From Mobula hypostoma (lineage: Eukaryota): a stretch of DNA of 64,000 nucleotides. A model generated the notes under the pieces. It had not been told where the DNA came from and did not search any database. It was given only the letters and a program-made list of their open reading frames with translations. This document shows, piece by piece, positions 12,346 to 25,019 of this stretch; position 1 is the first letter of the stretch, and each line of letters begins with the position of its first letter. Location of the stretch: the NCBI RefSeq assembly GCF_963921235.1, contig NC_086108.1, positions 11,408,001 to 11,472,000 of the forward strand, written 5' to 3'. A program made the translations under genes and the position numbers.

Positions 12346-13112
12346 ACTAACTCACTTTTAAATGACCGTCCCAAATCTTGGGCCTCTGTCCCTTTGTTCA
12401 TCTCTCCCATTAGCTTAACATCTATCCCATCATGCCTTATCAGGAACTTGCAGGTCTCAGATAGTGCCTCGAACTCCAAAGAACACAGAACCATCCTGTT
12501 TACCCTCTCCTGTTTGGACAGCCGTCTCATCCCAGGAACTACTGTACCTGAGGCATCTGCTTCAAACCAACCCAGTACTATTGTGACTGAGAGCCATGTT
12601 GCCCAGGATACCATCCGCTCACAGACACTGGGGTGTCAGGGAGGGACAAGGATAGGCTGGCCAGTGGCTGGGAACTGGAGCCCTGGAATGAGGCACCTGC
12701 CAATCACCTCGAGCGACCCCCGAAAGGAGAGCAGCGATCAGTGGGGTATTCTGTCCTGCCAGGTAAGTCAGTCATTTGAAAAGAACAGCTGTTTGATTGG
12801 ACACTGATTGACATAATCATCTCTCAGAAACCACCCAACAGTGCATAAACAGACTATCACACAATCATACTCACAACTGCAGTCACTCTCCCTCATACAC
12901 CCACTCCCAGATGCAGAATGCAGCAGGAGGCTCTGTGATTGATGTACCTGGGAGCCAATCCAACTGTCACAGTGTGCACTGAATCCAAGTGCGGAGGAAC
13001 AACAGCCTCCCACATTGAGACAGAAATAAGAATTTATTCATCGGAACTCCAACTGAACTTCGGTCACTCGGCTGAGCAACACTGCGGGACAAGTTATTCC
13101 CAAACACCCCCC

Positions 13113-13130
13113 AACACACACGCACACACA

Positions 13131-13168
<38 letters not shown>
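13113..13168. repeat. (CA)n microsatellite
   Basis: Direct inspection. Confidence 0.95.
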
Positions 13169-13169
<1 letters not shown>

Positions 13170-13989
13170 GGACCCCGCTATGAATGATAATCGAGAGCTG
13201 GCTTTAAATTATCACAGTATGTGGCAATCTCGTGCCAGTCACAATTACTTAACAAGATTAAACAGAAAGCACAAGGGCTTAATGAGTCTAGTTAAGACAA
13301 CAATGAACAAATACAGGTACAAGGCGCGCATGACACCAACAGCAGCCCCAGCTGTGAGATCTCCCTTCCTCACTGACACTCAGACTGAACTCCCACTGGC
13401 TGCTTCCAGCTCCAGGATTCATTCCAGCATGAGTTGTAGCCGGACACATTGCAGCTTGATACGGCAACTGTTCTGCCCGTGACAACAAGAAACTGCAGAG
13501 TTGTGGACACAGCTCAGCACATCATGGAAACAAGCCTCTCCTCCATGGAGTCTGTGCAGAGAGGTGTGAATACAGCTCAGTAAATCATAAACAACAGCAT
13601 TCCCTCCATGTACTCTGTCTGCACGTCTCACTACCAACCAGCATAATCAAAGATCTCACCAACCCCAAAGATTCTCTCATTTCCCCCCACCTTCCATTGG
13701 GCAGAAGGTATAAAAGTCTGAAAGCATGTACCACCAGGCTCAAGGACAGAAGAAGGCAGTGGCAAACCACTTCTGTAGAAAAATTTGCCAAGAACAATCA
13801 TGCTCAAAGACCATAATCATCCACGTCATGTGACACAGCACATGATGATGATGCAAGGAAAAGGGGATTTTACCAGCCAGGTGGCTAAATTTGTGGGAAT
13901 AATAAAGCAATTCCAATTCCAAGCCAATGTTGCAATCAGTGGACTGATTGGAGTGGATCAATGGATTTTTGCCCTTCTGGTTTGGAAGG

Positions 13990-14300
13990 CTCATCATCAT
14001 CATCATTATGTGCCATGTCATTATGTGATCACGGTCTTTTTATTACCATGATTGTTCTTAGCAAATTTTTCTGCAGAAGTGGTTTGCCATTGCCTTCTTC
14101 TGGGCAGTGTCTTTACAAGATGAGTGACCCCAACCATTTTCAATATTCTGCAGAGATTGTCTGCCTGGTATCAGTGGTCACATAACCAGGACTTGTGATC
14201 TACACCAGCTGCTCATATGACTGTCCACCACCTGCTCCCATGGCCGTGACTGGGGAGGGGCTAAGTAGGTGCTACTCCTTGGTCAAGGGTAACCTGCAGG
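13990..14300 (-). mobile_element. RTE-related SINE with Bov-A-like 3' segment
   Basis: Reverse complement has GAAGGCAATGGCAAACCACTTCTG and a (TGA)n tail; homologous to 50868-51257. Confidence 0.7.
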
Positions 14301-14849
14301 AATCCATGCTAGAAATCTACACATATAAAAATGCCTCAATTGAGATTTCCCTTTCTCCAGACTTACAGCTGTAGGATACTCAGTACATCAGCGTGGCCTT
14401 GATCACACTTGGAGAAACAGTGAAATGCATTCATTATCTGCTCTTTGTCTCTATAATAGTTTATGAGGAGGAAAACAACTTGCAAATTGACCACTTCTTC
14501 ACATCCACGCTTTAATTCCCACATCCTCTCCTCCTCCTGCTTTCTCGAGGAGAGCGGGCAATGAAGACTGAGGCAAGTATCATAAATCACAGGATGTGCT
14601 TTCAGACAAGATCACTCCATCACTGTCAGTGATGTCACTGAAGCCTCCCGTAGCCTTGTTATGCTCAAGCATGGACAGCCAACACATCTGAAGCCATTTA
14701 CCTTCTGTCACTGTGGAAATCAATTCCAGAATGCGTTAAGAAATGAACTTTGACAGGTTTTGTAGAGCTGTTGTTAGAGGAACAAGACTGCACAGTCTAT
14801 CGGGCACACATATCCCTTCCCCTCTCTCTCTTCCTTTACCACAATGTAT

Positions 14850-15460
14850 TGACTGACTGCATTACAGCCTGGTATGGAAACACTAAAGCCCTTTAATGGA
14901 AAATCCTACAAAAAGTAGTGGATATGGTCCAGTACAGCATGGGTAAAGCCCTCTCAATTTATAAGCATATCTTTATGGAAACCTGTCATAGGAAAACAAC
15001 ATCTATCACCAGAGATCCCCACCACCCAGGGCAAACTCTCTTCTCACTACTGCCATGAGGATGAAGGTACAGGAGCCTCAGGATTCACACCACCAGGTTC
15101 AGGAATAGTTATTACCCCTCAAACTGCAGGGTCTTGAACCAAAGGCGATAGTTTCACTCAACTTCACTTGCCCCATCACTGAAGTGTTCCCACAACAAAT
15201 GGACTTACTTTCAAGGACTCTTCATCTCATGTTCTCGATATTTATTGCTTATTTGTTTATTATTATTATTATTTCTTTCTTTTTGTACTTGCACAGTTTG
15301 TTGTCTGTTGCACTCTGGTTGAACGACCTAGTTGGTGAAGTTTCTGTTATGGTCATAATTCTAATAGGAATTTATTGAGTATGTCCAGAAGAAAATGAAT
15401 GTCAGTGTTGTATATGGTGACACATATGCACTTTGATAATACATTTACTTTGAACTTTGA
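14850..15460 (+). mobile_element. Rex-Babar LINE 3' fragment
   Basis: CITAWYG-like start, the same 3' UTR as 27830-28510, (ACTTTGA)n tail. Confidence 0.8.
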
Positions 15461-15689
15461 ATTGACTTTATTTATTTCCTACCTCCTTCACATACATGAG
15501 GAGTAAAAATCTTTATGTTACGTTTGAACTTTACCGAGTTACCAGCTCTGTGAAGGAGACCTTCACTACAGGTTGTCCAAGCTGCTGCTCACCTGTCTCG
15601 CTGTCTCTCTTTGTGGATCAGTGTTGATCTCTGCTGCACCAGCTGTAATCATTCTTTTTCACAGAAAACATTTTTCAGAAAGACACTTG

Positions 15690-15992
15690 GGGCACAATGA
15701 TAGCAGAGTGATTAGAGAGACGCTATTACAGCTCGGGGTGTCAGGGTTTGGAGTTCATTTCCAGCATTTTCCTAAGCAAGCTTATACTTTGCTTCCTGGG
15801 TGTGCGTGGGTTTCCTCTGAGTGCTCCAGTTGCTTCCCACTGTCCAAGGGTGTACTGTATCATTTAGTAGGTTACTTGCTCCTTGTAAGTTGTCCTGTGA
15901 TTAGGCTAGGGTTAAATTGGTGCTTTGATGGGTGCCACAGGTTCATTGTGTCAGAAGGCCTGTTCCTCACTATATCTGTAAATAAAATAAAA
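15690..15992 (+). mobile_element. V-SINE copy
   Basis: V-domain-like GTGGGTTTCCTCTGAGTGCTCCAGTTGCTTCCCACTGTCCAAGG; A-rich tail. Confidence 0.7.
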
Positions 15993-16437
15993 TACCTTTG
16001 ACCAGAAACTCATCAGGCAGAGGACAGCAGGGAAAATCCTGCAGGATCCAGACCATAGAACATCTGCGACGGCTGCCTGAGCAAACTGTCAGAACCACTT
16101 GGCAGAATGCCTCTTCACCAGAACTCACCAACAAGGCCAAAACCTCATTTGGCTGCCAGTGAGACTGGCTGTCCTAGTCAGGTCCTTCTTCTGTGGCTGG
16201 ATGGACCGTCAGGACTGGTGTGAACAGGACAACACGGTTGCTTTGCTGATAAACAAAACTCTCCCCACTGTTAGGATATATTCTGGGGTTATGGAACTGT
16301 ATTAATTTCAGCAGCAACCAGTCTTCGGATCTGAATGTGGATTGTAGATTGAATTTAAAATGCAGCTCAGAACAATGACCTTCCTGGAGCTACAGACTGG
16401 GGTCGACTGCAAAGCAGGAAACACCCCATTTACCCTG

Positions 16438-16568
16438 GAAACATCCCATTAGCCTGAGTGGTCTGCATATATATGAATGCAGTAAACACCCCATTGGCCT
16501 GAGAAGTCTGCATATACATGAATGCAATTAAAAACCTCATTGATCTGAGATGTCTTCATATGCATGAG
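16438..16568. repeat. ~45-bp diverged tandem repeat, 3 copies
   Basis: CCATT.G.CTGAG..GTCTGCATATA.ATGAATGCA units at a period of 45-46. Confidence 0.8.
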
Positions 16569-17242
16569 GATAGCTCAGAGAGTATGGTGATTAACACTCA
16601 TTTTGGGTGTGTTGGTGTGAAGATCTAGGTGTTTGAAAGTCACAACAGTCCTCTCTGGCAGGGGTGTAAAACAAACCCATCTTAGCTCACCTGCCCGGTC
16701 AGAATGAGGCGCATGCTGAGGGGATCAGGTACACACAGGCAGTGAGACACCGGTTGACCATGACCAGTACAATGCACATAACCCCTGACTCACACACTGA
16801 GACCTGTCAACTGCAGTTTGTACTTCTTCTCCTCTCCCTGTCTTCTTATTCTGGCCTCCTACCCCTCCCTTTCCAGCTCTAATGAAGGGTCTCAGCCTGA
16901 AACATCGACTGCTTACTCCCCTCCATTGACACTACCTGACCTGCTGAGTCCCTCCAGCAGTTTGCATGTGTTACTCACACAATGAGATGTAATTTCATAT
17001 GACTGGAATGTATGTATAGTGGAGTACTGCCACAGCCATCTGGTGCTGTGATATTTAAAGTTTAAGCAAAATGTAATTCTGAATCAGAGTTAGGTTTAAT
17101 ATGGCAGGAGAGTCTAAGACCAGAAGACAGAGCCTCAGAATAGAGGTGCGTCCTTTTAGAACGGAGTTAAGGAAGAATTTCTTTAGCCAGAGGGTGGTAA
17201 GTTTGTGGAATTCCACATGCAGCTGTGGAGGCCAAGTCATTT

Positions 17243-18345
17243 TGTGTCAGTCAAAATGATAGTTGCTGGACAAGGAGAGGGGTAAGCAGGGAAAGTAAAT
17301 GTTGCTGTGCTTTTGGTCAAGTGTCGGCAAGGCTAGAATAAAAAGAAAGGAGTTAAATCCCTTCATGCTTACTTACTGCCTGTGTTTAGGGCAGCAATGA
17401 AGGTCCTCCATCTCTGGTGGTGTTCAGAGATCCCCTAATCATATCAGTAACATTCCCTTGGTTTTCACTACTGTCAATCACGCAAGTCCCAGGTGGAGAC
17501 TCAGGAATACTGTCACACTCAGATGTAGAAGGATCTTTCATTGCTGTTTCCTTTTTTTTGGCATGTGCCTGCATGCGTGCGAATTTGCGTGTGCGTGTGT
17601 GCGCATCTGTGCATGTGCATGTGCGTGCGTGTGTCTGTGATGATGGCTTTTTCATGGCTTTTTACAAGGCGCAGGGTGAGAGAGTGACTCTGTGGCACAC
17701 CACTCCTCACACAGGCGTTTGCGCAGTATTTTACCCTTTATTTTACGAGGTCGAGTTGCGATCTCGATGCTCAACCCAGCATGGATGGAAAGTGTACTCG
17801 GGAACGGACCCGACTGGTTTTGAACCCGGGAACCTCCGCTCGCGGGTCCGGCGCCGATCTCATTGCTCCACCAGCCAGCCCTCATTGCTGTTTCCATAAC
17901 AATTTTTTGTTCAGTCGGGACTGCTAGTCCTGAGCTGAACCCCTGAACCTGGAGGACTGGTGGACCACTCTTATCTGGCCTCTACCCTTTGACCTGTTTG
18001 GTATGGATGACTCAGCCAAGAAGCTGGCTGGTTCTTCGCTTGTGAAGATCAAGAGGAAACTCCATTGCTGTGGGACTTTTCTTCCCACCTCCGCTGCATG
18101 GATTTATAGTGAGGACTGGTGAACGTGGACCACTCTTCCACTCTTCAGGCTGGAGGATGTTCCACAATGGCGAGCTGCGATGACTTCGGCGACCACAACA
18201 CTGTAGGTTGAGTAACAGAGATTTCTCTCTCCTAGACAGATTGCCTGGCAAGGCTAATGAGTCCCACCTACCCGGGTTTGGAATCGGAGTTGTCCTTCTC
18301 CGAGGCTAACCAAGACTGATGAGTCCAGCCTGCCCGCCCAGTTAT
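17243..18345 (-). mobile_element. RTE-related bipartite non-autonomous element, longer copy
   Basis: Homologous to 9118-10470, including the same 5' start ATAACTGGG and the sequence beyond the (TAAG)n tail. Confidence 0.7.
17552..17881 (-). mobile_element. tRNA-derived SINE with microsatellite/poly-A tail
   Basis: Minus-strand A-box-like TGGTGGAGCAATG and B-box GGTTCAAAACC; 14-bp TSD TCATTGCTGTTTCC at 17538-17551 and 17882-17895. Confidence 0.85.
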
Positions 18346-19825
18346 GGGTGTAGAAAGAATAGAGCAGTAGGCTAAGCACACATTTTGAGGTGCACCTGCA
18401 TTGATTGTCTGCGAAGAGATGTTATTTCGAATCTGCACAGTCTGTTACCTCCTGGTGAGAAAATCAAGGATCTAGTTTCAGACGGAGGCAAAGAAGCCCA
18501 GGTTTTGGAGAATTTTGATTAGAACTGATTGTGTTGAATGCTGAGCTATAGTCATTAAACAGCAGTCTGACATAGGTATTACTATTGTCCAGGTGACCCA
18601 AGGCTGATTGGAGAGCCAGTGAAATTCCATCTAATGTGGCAATAGGCAAATTACAGTGGGTCCAAGTCCTTGCTTCGGTAGGAGCTGATCCTGGCCATGA
18701 GCGACTTCACAAAGCACTTTATCACAGTAATGTGAGTGTCACTGGGTGATAGGCATTGAGGCAGCTCACCCTGTTCTTGTGAGGCACTGGTACAATCGTC
18801 ACTCTTTCGAAGCAGGTGGGAACTTCCGACTGAGAGATTGAAGACGTCCTTCAACACTCCCACCAGTTGGTTGGCTCAGGTTTTCAGGGCCCTGCCAGGT
18901 ACACCATCAGAGCCTGACACCTTTCGAGGATTCACCCTCTTGAAAGATGTTCTAATGTTGACCTCTGTCACAGAGATCAGAGATCACAGGGTCACCAGAT
19001 GCGGCAGGGATTTGCGACGGTGTCGTTTTATTCTCCTTTTTAAAGCGAGCATAAAAGGTGTTGAGCTCATCTGGGAGTGAAGCATCACAGCGATTCACGT
19101 TTTTAGTTTCAGTTTGTAGGAAGTCCTGGCCTGCAAACCCTGTCCGAGCTGAGCTATATCCAATCCCACCTCTAGCTTCAATTGGAACTTTTTTTTCACT
19201 TTTGAGATAACCTTCTGTAGGTTGTGCTTGGACTTCTTGTATAGTTCTGGGTTGTCGGTCTTGAATGCCACGGATCTAGCCCTCAGAAACTACGAATCTC
19301 CTGGTTCATCCATGGCCTTTCATTTGGGTATGCCCGGTATGTTCTCAAAGGCCACACTCATCCATACAGGTCTTGATGAATTAGGTGACAACTGTGGTGT
19401 ATTTGTTCGGATTTGAAGATGAATCCTTGAATATTGTCCATTCCACCTTCTCAAAGCAGTCCTGTAAGCATTCCTCTGCCTCCCTTGGTCCTCACCATCG
19501 GTTCTACGATATTTAGACTCTGCCTATATGCTGGGAGTAGAAGTACAGCCACGTGTTTGGACTTTCCAAAATGTGTGTGTGGGGTGGTATGTTAAGCCTT
19601 CTGTGTAACAGACACAGGTCCAGTGTATTGGCTCCTCTGTTTCCACAGGTGTTATGCTGGTGATAGTTGTTCAGAGACTTCTTGAAGCTGGCCTGGTTGA
19701 AATCCCCCACAATGATAGGGAAGGTATCAGTGTGCATAGATTTGTGCCTGCTGATTACACTGTTCATCTCCTACAGTGTCTACTTGATGCTGGCCTGGGG
19801 AGGAACGTACACCACTACTAGGATA
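18346..19825 (-). mobile_element. Decayed Rex-Babar LINE (endonuclease-RT part)
   Basis: GDFNQA, RGANTLD and [15 protein letters not shown] motifs in minus-strand ORFs. Confidence 0.85.
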
Positions 19826-20132
19826 ATGTGAACTTAAGAACTCATGGAGTTACGGTCAGGTCCTCAGTTTACCAACCTGATGGGGTGGACTCCTGTGAAC
19901 CCATCCTGTCTGTGGGCCATTCCTCACACTGAGCCTGAAGCTCTTGCAGTAATGGACAAAGTCCATCTGGTTAGACTTGTACCAGGAATCGTCAACTGAT
20001 CGATGAGTCACCAACGTATCCAGAGAAACCCCAGTAGAGAAGAGACAGGATTCCAAGCCCATTTCTCCTCCCTGTCTTGTAGTTCATGGAGTGTTGTTTT
20101 CAGTTCTGTTCATCACACAACAGAGAAGATGT

Positions 20133-20964
20133 TTCAATTGGTTCAATTGGTGCATTTAATGTCAGAGAAATGTATACAGTATACATCCTGAAATTCTTTT
20201 TCTTTGCAGACATCCACAAAAACAGAGGAGTGCTCCAAAGAATGAATGACAGCTAAAATGTTAGCACCCCGCAACTCCCCATTCCATGCACAGGCAACAG
20301 CAAGGCAACAACCTCTGCCCCCAAGCCCCACCGGCAAAGAAGCAGCAGCACCCTCCACCGAACACTCAAACATGCAGCAAAGCATCAATAAAGATACAGA
20401 TTTGCAGTACCCAAATACTTCACCCGATAATTTGATATACCACAGGCTCTCTCTGTCCCTAAGAAGGGAAAAAAAAGTGTCCCCATTTCACAGCGAGAGG
20501 GGAGACATAACAAACAACTCGTTGATTTACGATGTTAAATGTCTGTTGCGTTGCTTTTTCTGAGCTCTGCACCCAGAGAGTTGGCACCAAAAAGCTGCAG
20601 CTCTCTGGGCACGCAACCCCCGGCAGCTAACCTGCTGCTCCTGATGTTCCATGTTCTCCTGCGACGCTTCAGTCAGGGGCACCCGCCTAGAATCAACCCA
20701 TCTACAGGGCCACGAAAATCCAGAACCCTGAAGGTGCACTCATCTTCCAGGCCACATCCTTGGGATATCAAAAAGTGGCTGGTCATGAGGCCCTGAGAGC
20801 AGGTGCCATTCCTGCAAAGAAACGGTCAAAGTGTAACTCCAGGTCAGGGTCTTCAAAAGAACCTCCCTCTCACAACCTGAAAAGGAAAGAAGGAGATACC
20901 AAAGATAGAAATAAAGCTGTTTCTAAAGATGCCAGCAAAGGAGTCGCTGTTTAACACCATCTTA
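20133..20964 (-). mobile_element. Non-coding non-autonomous LINE-derived element
   Basis: Minus strand starts AAGATGGTG and ends in a Rex-like 3' UTR (CTGACATTAAATG) with a short repeat tail. Confidence 0.55.
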
Positions 20965-21124
20965 ACTTCACTCCGCTTTTCCATGTGATAGCAATTAAGA
21001 GAGTGCAGAAGAGACATTAACTGGAATGCAGAGCTGTATTTATAAGGAGAGATTGGATAGAATGGATTTATTCTTATTGTAGTATATGAGCTGAGGGGTG
21101 ACTATAAAGGTTTATTTAGTTTTT

Positions 21125-21868
21125 AGTTCATTTAATTCAAGTTTAATTGTCATTCAACTATCCATGAGTACAGCCCAATCAACCAGCGTTACTCCAGGGT
21201 CAACGGCAAAACACAGTACCAACAGTCATGCACAACACAAGGCACATATAGCACATATAAGATAGCAGTAAAATACACACAAAAAAAATAGCCCAAGTCC
21301 CTGAGTTCACGAATGTTGCAGCAGTCTGCAGTCAAACACAATATGGCTTGTCTTCTGCCAAGCGAACAATGGGGGGGTGGAAGCACAGTCTTCACCTCTC
21401 GTGGAACGCACTGACTCTAATGCATGTCTTCTGGACATTCGAAAAAGGGTGATGCCATGTCTTGAGGCTTAGTCCTTACTACAACCAAGTCTATGCAGCT
21501 CCCTTGCCGTCCGCCCCTGTCATCCGTCGGTAAATCGGAAAATCGGCATTCCACATTAACAATGTTCAACAGGGTCCTGTGATCATCAGAAAAGTGACTA
21601 AGATAATCTCTCACTGTTAGACTGCACACTACCTTCACGAGTTGATTCCTCCGATGCCTCCCTGATGCAGGTAACTGTACGACCCACACCAAGTCCAGAT
21701 CCTTCAGTTTCTCTGCAATTTTCTAGTGGGGTAGACCTGCAGGACTAAGTTCTTAATGTCCAACATGGTCTTGAAATCGTAAAAAAAAACTTTAAAAATG
21801 GACAATGACACCTTTGGTAGACCCCGTAGAAGCCACCGTGATTGAACGCGCCGCCATCTTACTGGAAC
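21125..21868 (-). mobile_element. Non-coding non-autonomous LINE-derived element
   Basis: Minus strand starts near AAGATGGCGGC (21850-21860) and ends GAATGACAATTAAACTTGAA. Confidence 0.6.
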
Positions 21869-22702
21869 TACAATGAGAGGCATGAGAGGCATAGATAGGT
21901 AAGGAAGTGTTTTTTCTCAGGGCTGGGGAGTGTAGAATGAGAGGGCACAGATTTAATGTGAGAAATCCAGAAGCATTTTGAGTGGTAACAGAGGGTAGTG
22001 AATATCTGGAATGACCTTCAAGAGGAAGTGAGGGAGGCAGATATAGAAGATATTTAGATCGGAAAGGCATAGAGGCTAGGGGCCTAACATAGACATCGGG
22101 AATTAGGGTAGACACTCTCACAGGTGACAAGGACAAGATGGAATAAAAAAGCCCATTTCTGTGTGGTGCCAAGAAGTGACTCTCTGATACAAGGCTCCTT
22201 TGGAACCATGGGTCAAGGGATTTCAAATTTCCTGAAATTGCCCATGTTTTCTCATGACAGGAGCATGTTCTGCTGTCAAAGAAATTGACAGTCTGGAAGG
22301 GCCTTTGATGTGTTACTCTTCATCCTCAGCTAATGGAAGCTGAAAGTCAGTGCAAGCTGTGTGTTTGACCTCCCATCAACAGACACTAGTTACCATTTGG
22401 CGTCAACTCCCCTGGGAGCACTGTAAAACCAATTGAAATGATCTGCCAATGTTTATAAACTATGTTTTAAGATTCCCTGCACTTCCCTGACAAATCTAAT
22501 TCTTAATTTTGTGAAGGTTTTTTTGTGTGCTTCCCAAGCATGGTGTAGAGTGCTGAGAGTTCAGAGTTTCCATTTTGAGCACTTCTTATCATTACTGACA
22601 CCCTGTAAAACTGGCATGAAATGTAAAATAATTCTCTATGTGTCCGGAACTCCTTCATAGCCCAATGTTTGAGACATAGAATCCTTTGCCTTCTCTCTTT
22701 CT

Positions 22703-23380
22703 GAAGTTCAAAATTCAAAGTAATTATCAAAGTACAAATGTACATAAAGCATATTTTATTATCCAAGTGCACATCTCACCATATACAACCCTGAGATTCA
22801 TTTTCCTGCGGGCATACTCAGCAAATCTATGGAATAGTGACTATAACAGGATCAATGAAAGATCAACCAGAGTGCAGAAGACAACAAACTGTGCAAATGC
22901 AAATATAAATAAATAACAATAAACTATGAGAGCATGAGATAATGAGATAAAGAGTACTTAAAGTGAGATCATTAGTTGTGGAATCTCAATGATGGGGTAA
23001 GTGAGTGTTCAAGAGCCCGATGGCTGAGGGGTAGTAATCGTTCTTGAACCAAGTGGTGCGAGTCCTGAGGCTGTTGTACCTGCTACCTGATGGCAGCAGT
23101 GAGAAAAGAGCATGGTCTGGCTGGTGAGGATCTCTGATGATTGATGCTGCTTTCCTACAATATCGTTTCGTGTAGATGTGCTCAATGGTTGCAAGGGTTT
23201 TACCTGTGTCGTACTGGGCTAAATCCATTACCTTTTGTTGGATTTTTGTTCAAAAGCATTGGTGTTTCTATACCACAATATGATTCAGCTAGTTGAATCA
23301 CCCTACACTATACATCTATAGAAGTTTCTCGAAGTTTTAGATGTTAGCCGAATCATCGCAGACTCCTGTGGAAGCAGGGG
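22703..23380 (-). mobile_element. Rex-Babar LINE 3' fragment
   Basis: KAASIIRDPHQPDHALFSLLPSGSRY; (TTTGAA)n tail. Confidence 0.85.
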
Positions 23381-23829
23381 TTTTGTCCACCAGCAGTTGT
23401 ATCTAGATGATCCATCGTTATAGATCTGTACCATCTGATCCCCATACCATCTCCTGACAGTTAGTATTGGGCAGGGGGTACTGAAGCCTGATGTCCCATA
23501 CCATCAGGTTCAACAAAAGCTGTTCAATTTTTAACCAATTGGCACAAACAATCACTGCAGTTTAGTGATTCTATGGCCAATCTGATCACTTTGCACAAAA
23601 ATGGACTGTGTTTTTGTTCTAATTATATTAATTCTTGAAAAAAAATTGTGGTTATATTTTCTTGTGCATGCTGTGTACCTGATATAGAATAGAATAGAAC
23701 TTTATTGTCATTGCTTAAGACAATGCAGTGCTACTCCAGTCCATGAAAAATAAATGTTTACAATGCATGTGGTATGGTTTAATAAAAAAAATTCCCTTAT
23801 TTACATGCAACAAGTGACTTCAATTGTCC

Positions 23830-24927
23830 ATAAAGAGGGAGAAGCATAAGTCACATGTATCAGTATCACGATGGAATAAAGGGAATTACAGAGGCATGAG
23901 CGAGGAGCTTGCCCAGGTGGATTGGAGAAGGATACTAGCTGGGATGATGGCAGAGTAGAGAAGGCTGAAGTTTCTGGGAATAATTCACAAGGCACAGGAT
24001 AGATATGTCCTACAGAGGAAGAAGTTCTCAAGTGGCAGGAGTAGGCAACTGTGGCTGACAAGGAAAGTTAAGGACTGCATAAAAGCCAAGTGGGCAAAAG
24101 TGGGATGACTGGGAAGTTTTTAAGATCCAACAAAAAGCAACTAAAAAAGCTATAAGAAGGAAAAATTTTAAATATGAGGGCAAACTAACCAATAATATAA
24201 AGCAGGATACTAAAAGTTTTTTCAGTTATATAAGGATTAAAAGGGAGGTGAGATTTGATATCGGACCACTGGAAAATGATGCTGCTGAGGTAGTAATGGA
24301 AAACAAAGAAATGGCAGGTGAGCTTAACGGGTATTTTGCATCAGGCTTCACCATGGAAGACATTAGCAGTGTGCCAGAGGTCCGTGAGTGTCAGGGAGCA
24401 GCAGTGAGTACCATTGTTATTACAAAGGGAAGAAGTACTAGTCCAGAGGAGGTTCACGGGGATTATTCTGGGAGTGAAGGGGTTAACATATGAGGAGTGT
24501 TTGGCAGCTTTGGGCCTGTACTCACTGGAATTTAGAAAAATGTGGTTGTGTCTCATTGAAACCTACCGAATGTTGAAAGGACTAGATAGGTGGATGGGGA
24601 GAACATGTTTCCTATGGTGGGGGTATCCAGAACTAGAGGGTGCAGCTTCAAAATTGAGGGTCAACTTTTTAGAAGAAGTCAGGAGAAATTTTTTTAGCTA
24701 AAGAAGAGTGAACCTGTGGAATGCTGTGCCACAGACTGTGGTGGAGGCCGCCTGTGGGTACATTTAAGGTGGAAGTTGATAGTTTCCTGATTGGTCAGGG
24801 CTTCAAAGGATATGGCGAGAAGGCAGGTGTAGGGGTTGAGTAGGATCTGGGATCAGCCATGATGGAATATCGGAGCAGACACGATGGGCTGAATGGCCCA
24901 ACTCTCTTCCTATGTCTTATGGTCTTA
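23830..24927 (+). mobile_element. Internally deleted CR1 LINE
   Basis: Linker region (EMAGELNGYFAS) joined to the C-terminus (VQRRFTG..YEECL..LYSLEFR); CTTATG tail; homologous to 48580-50135. Confidence 0.85.
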
Positions 24928-25019
24928 CAACACTTAAAGGCAAGCTGGGTGTAGCATTATTCAGCTACTTAGCAGCCCTCAGGAAGAAGCTGCTTTTCAG
25001 TCTTACTGTCCTAGCTAAA

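Noticed and set aside
12115..12807. 230-aa plus-strand ORF as a host gene
   Set aside because: The first third is CR1 3' sequence and the rest has no recognisable motif; a donor-like CAG|GTAAGT at 12762 exists but no partner exon is convincing
17800..17881. tRNA gene
   Set aside because: It is the head of a TSD-flanked SINE and no full cloverleaf is evident
19856..20062. Minus-strand ORF (DDSWYKSNQMDFVHYCKSF) as an upstream exon
   Set aside because: Weak acceptor, and its donor phases do not match the candidate exon at 16691-16715
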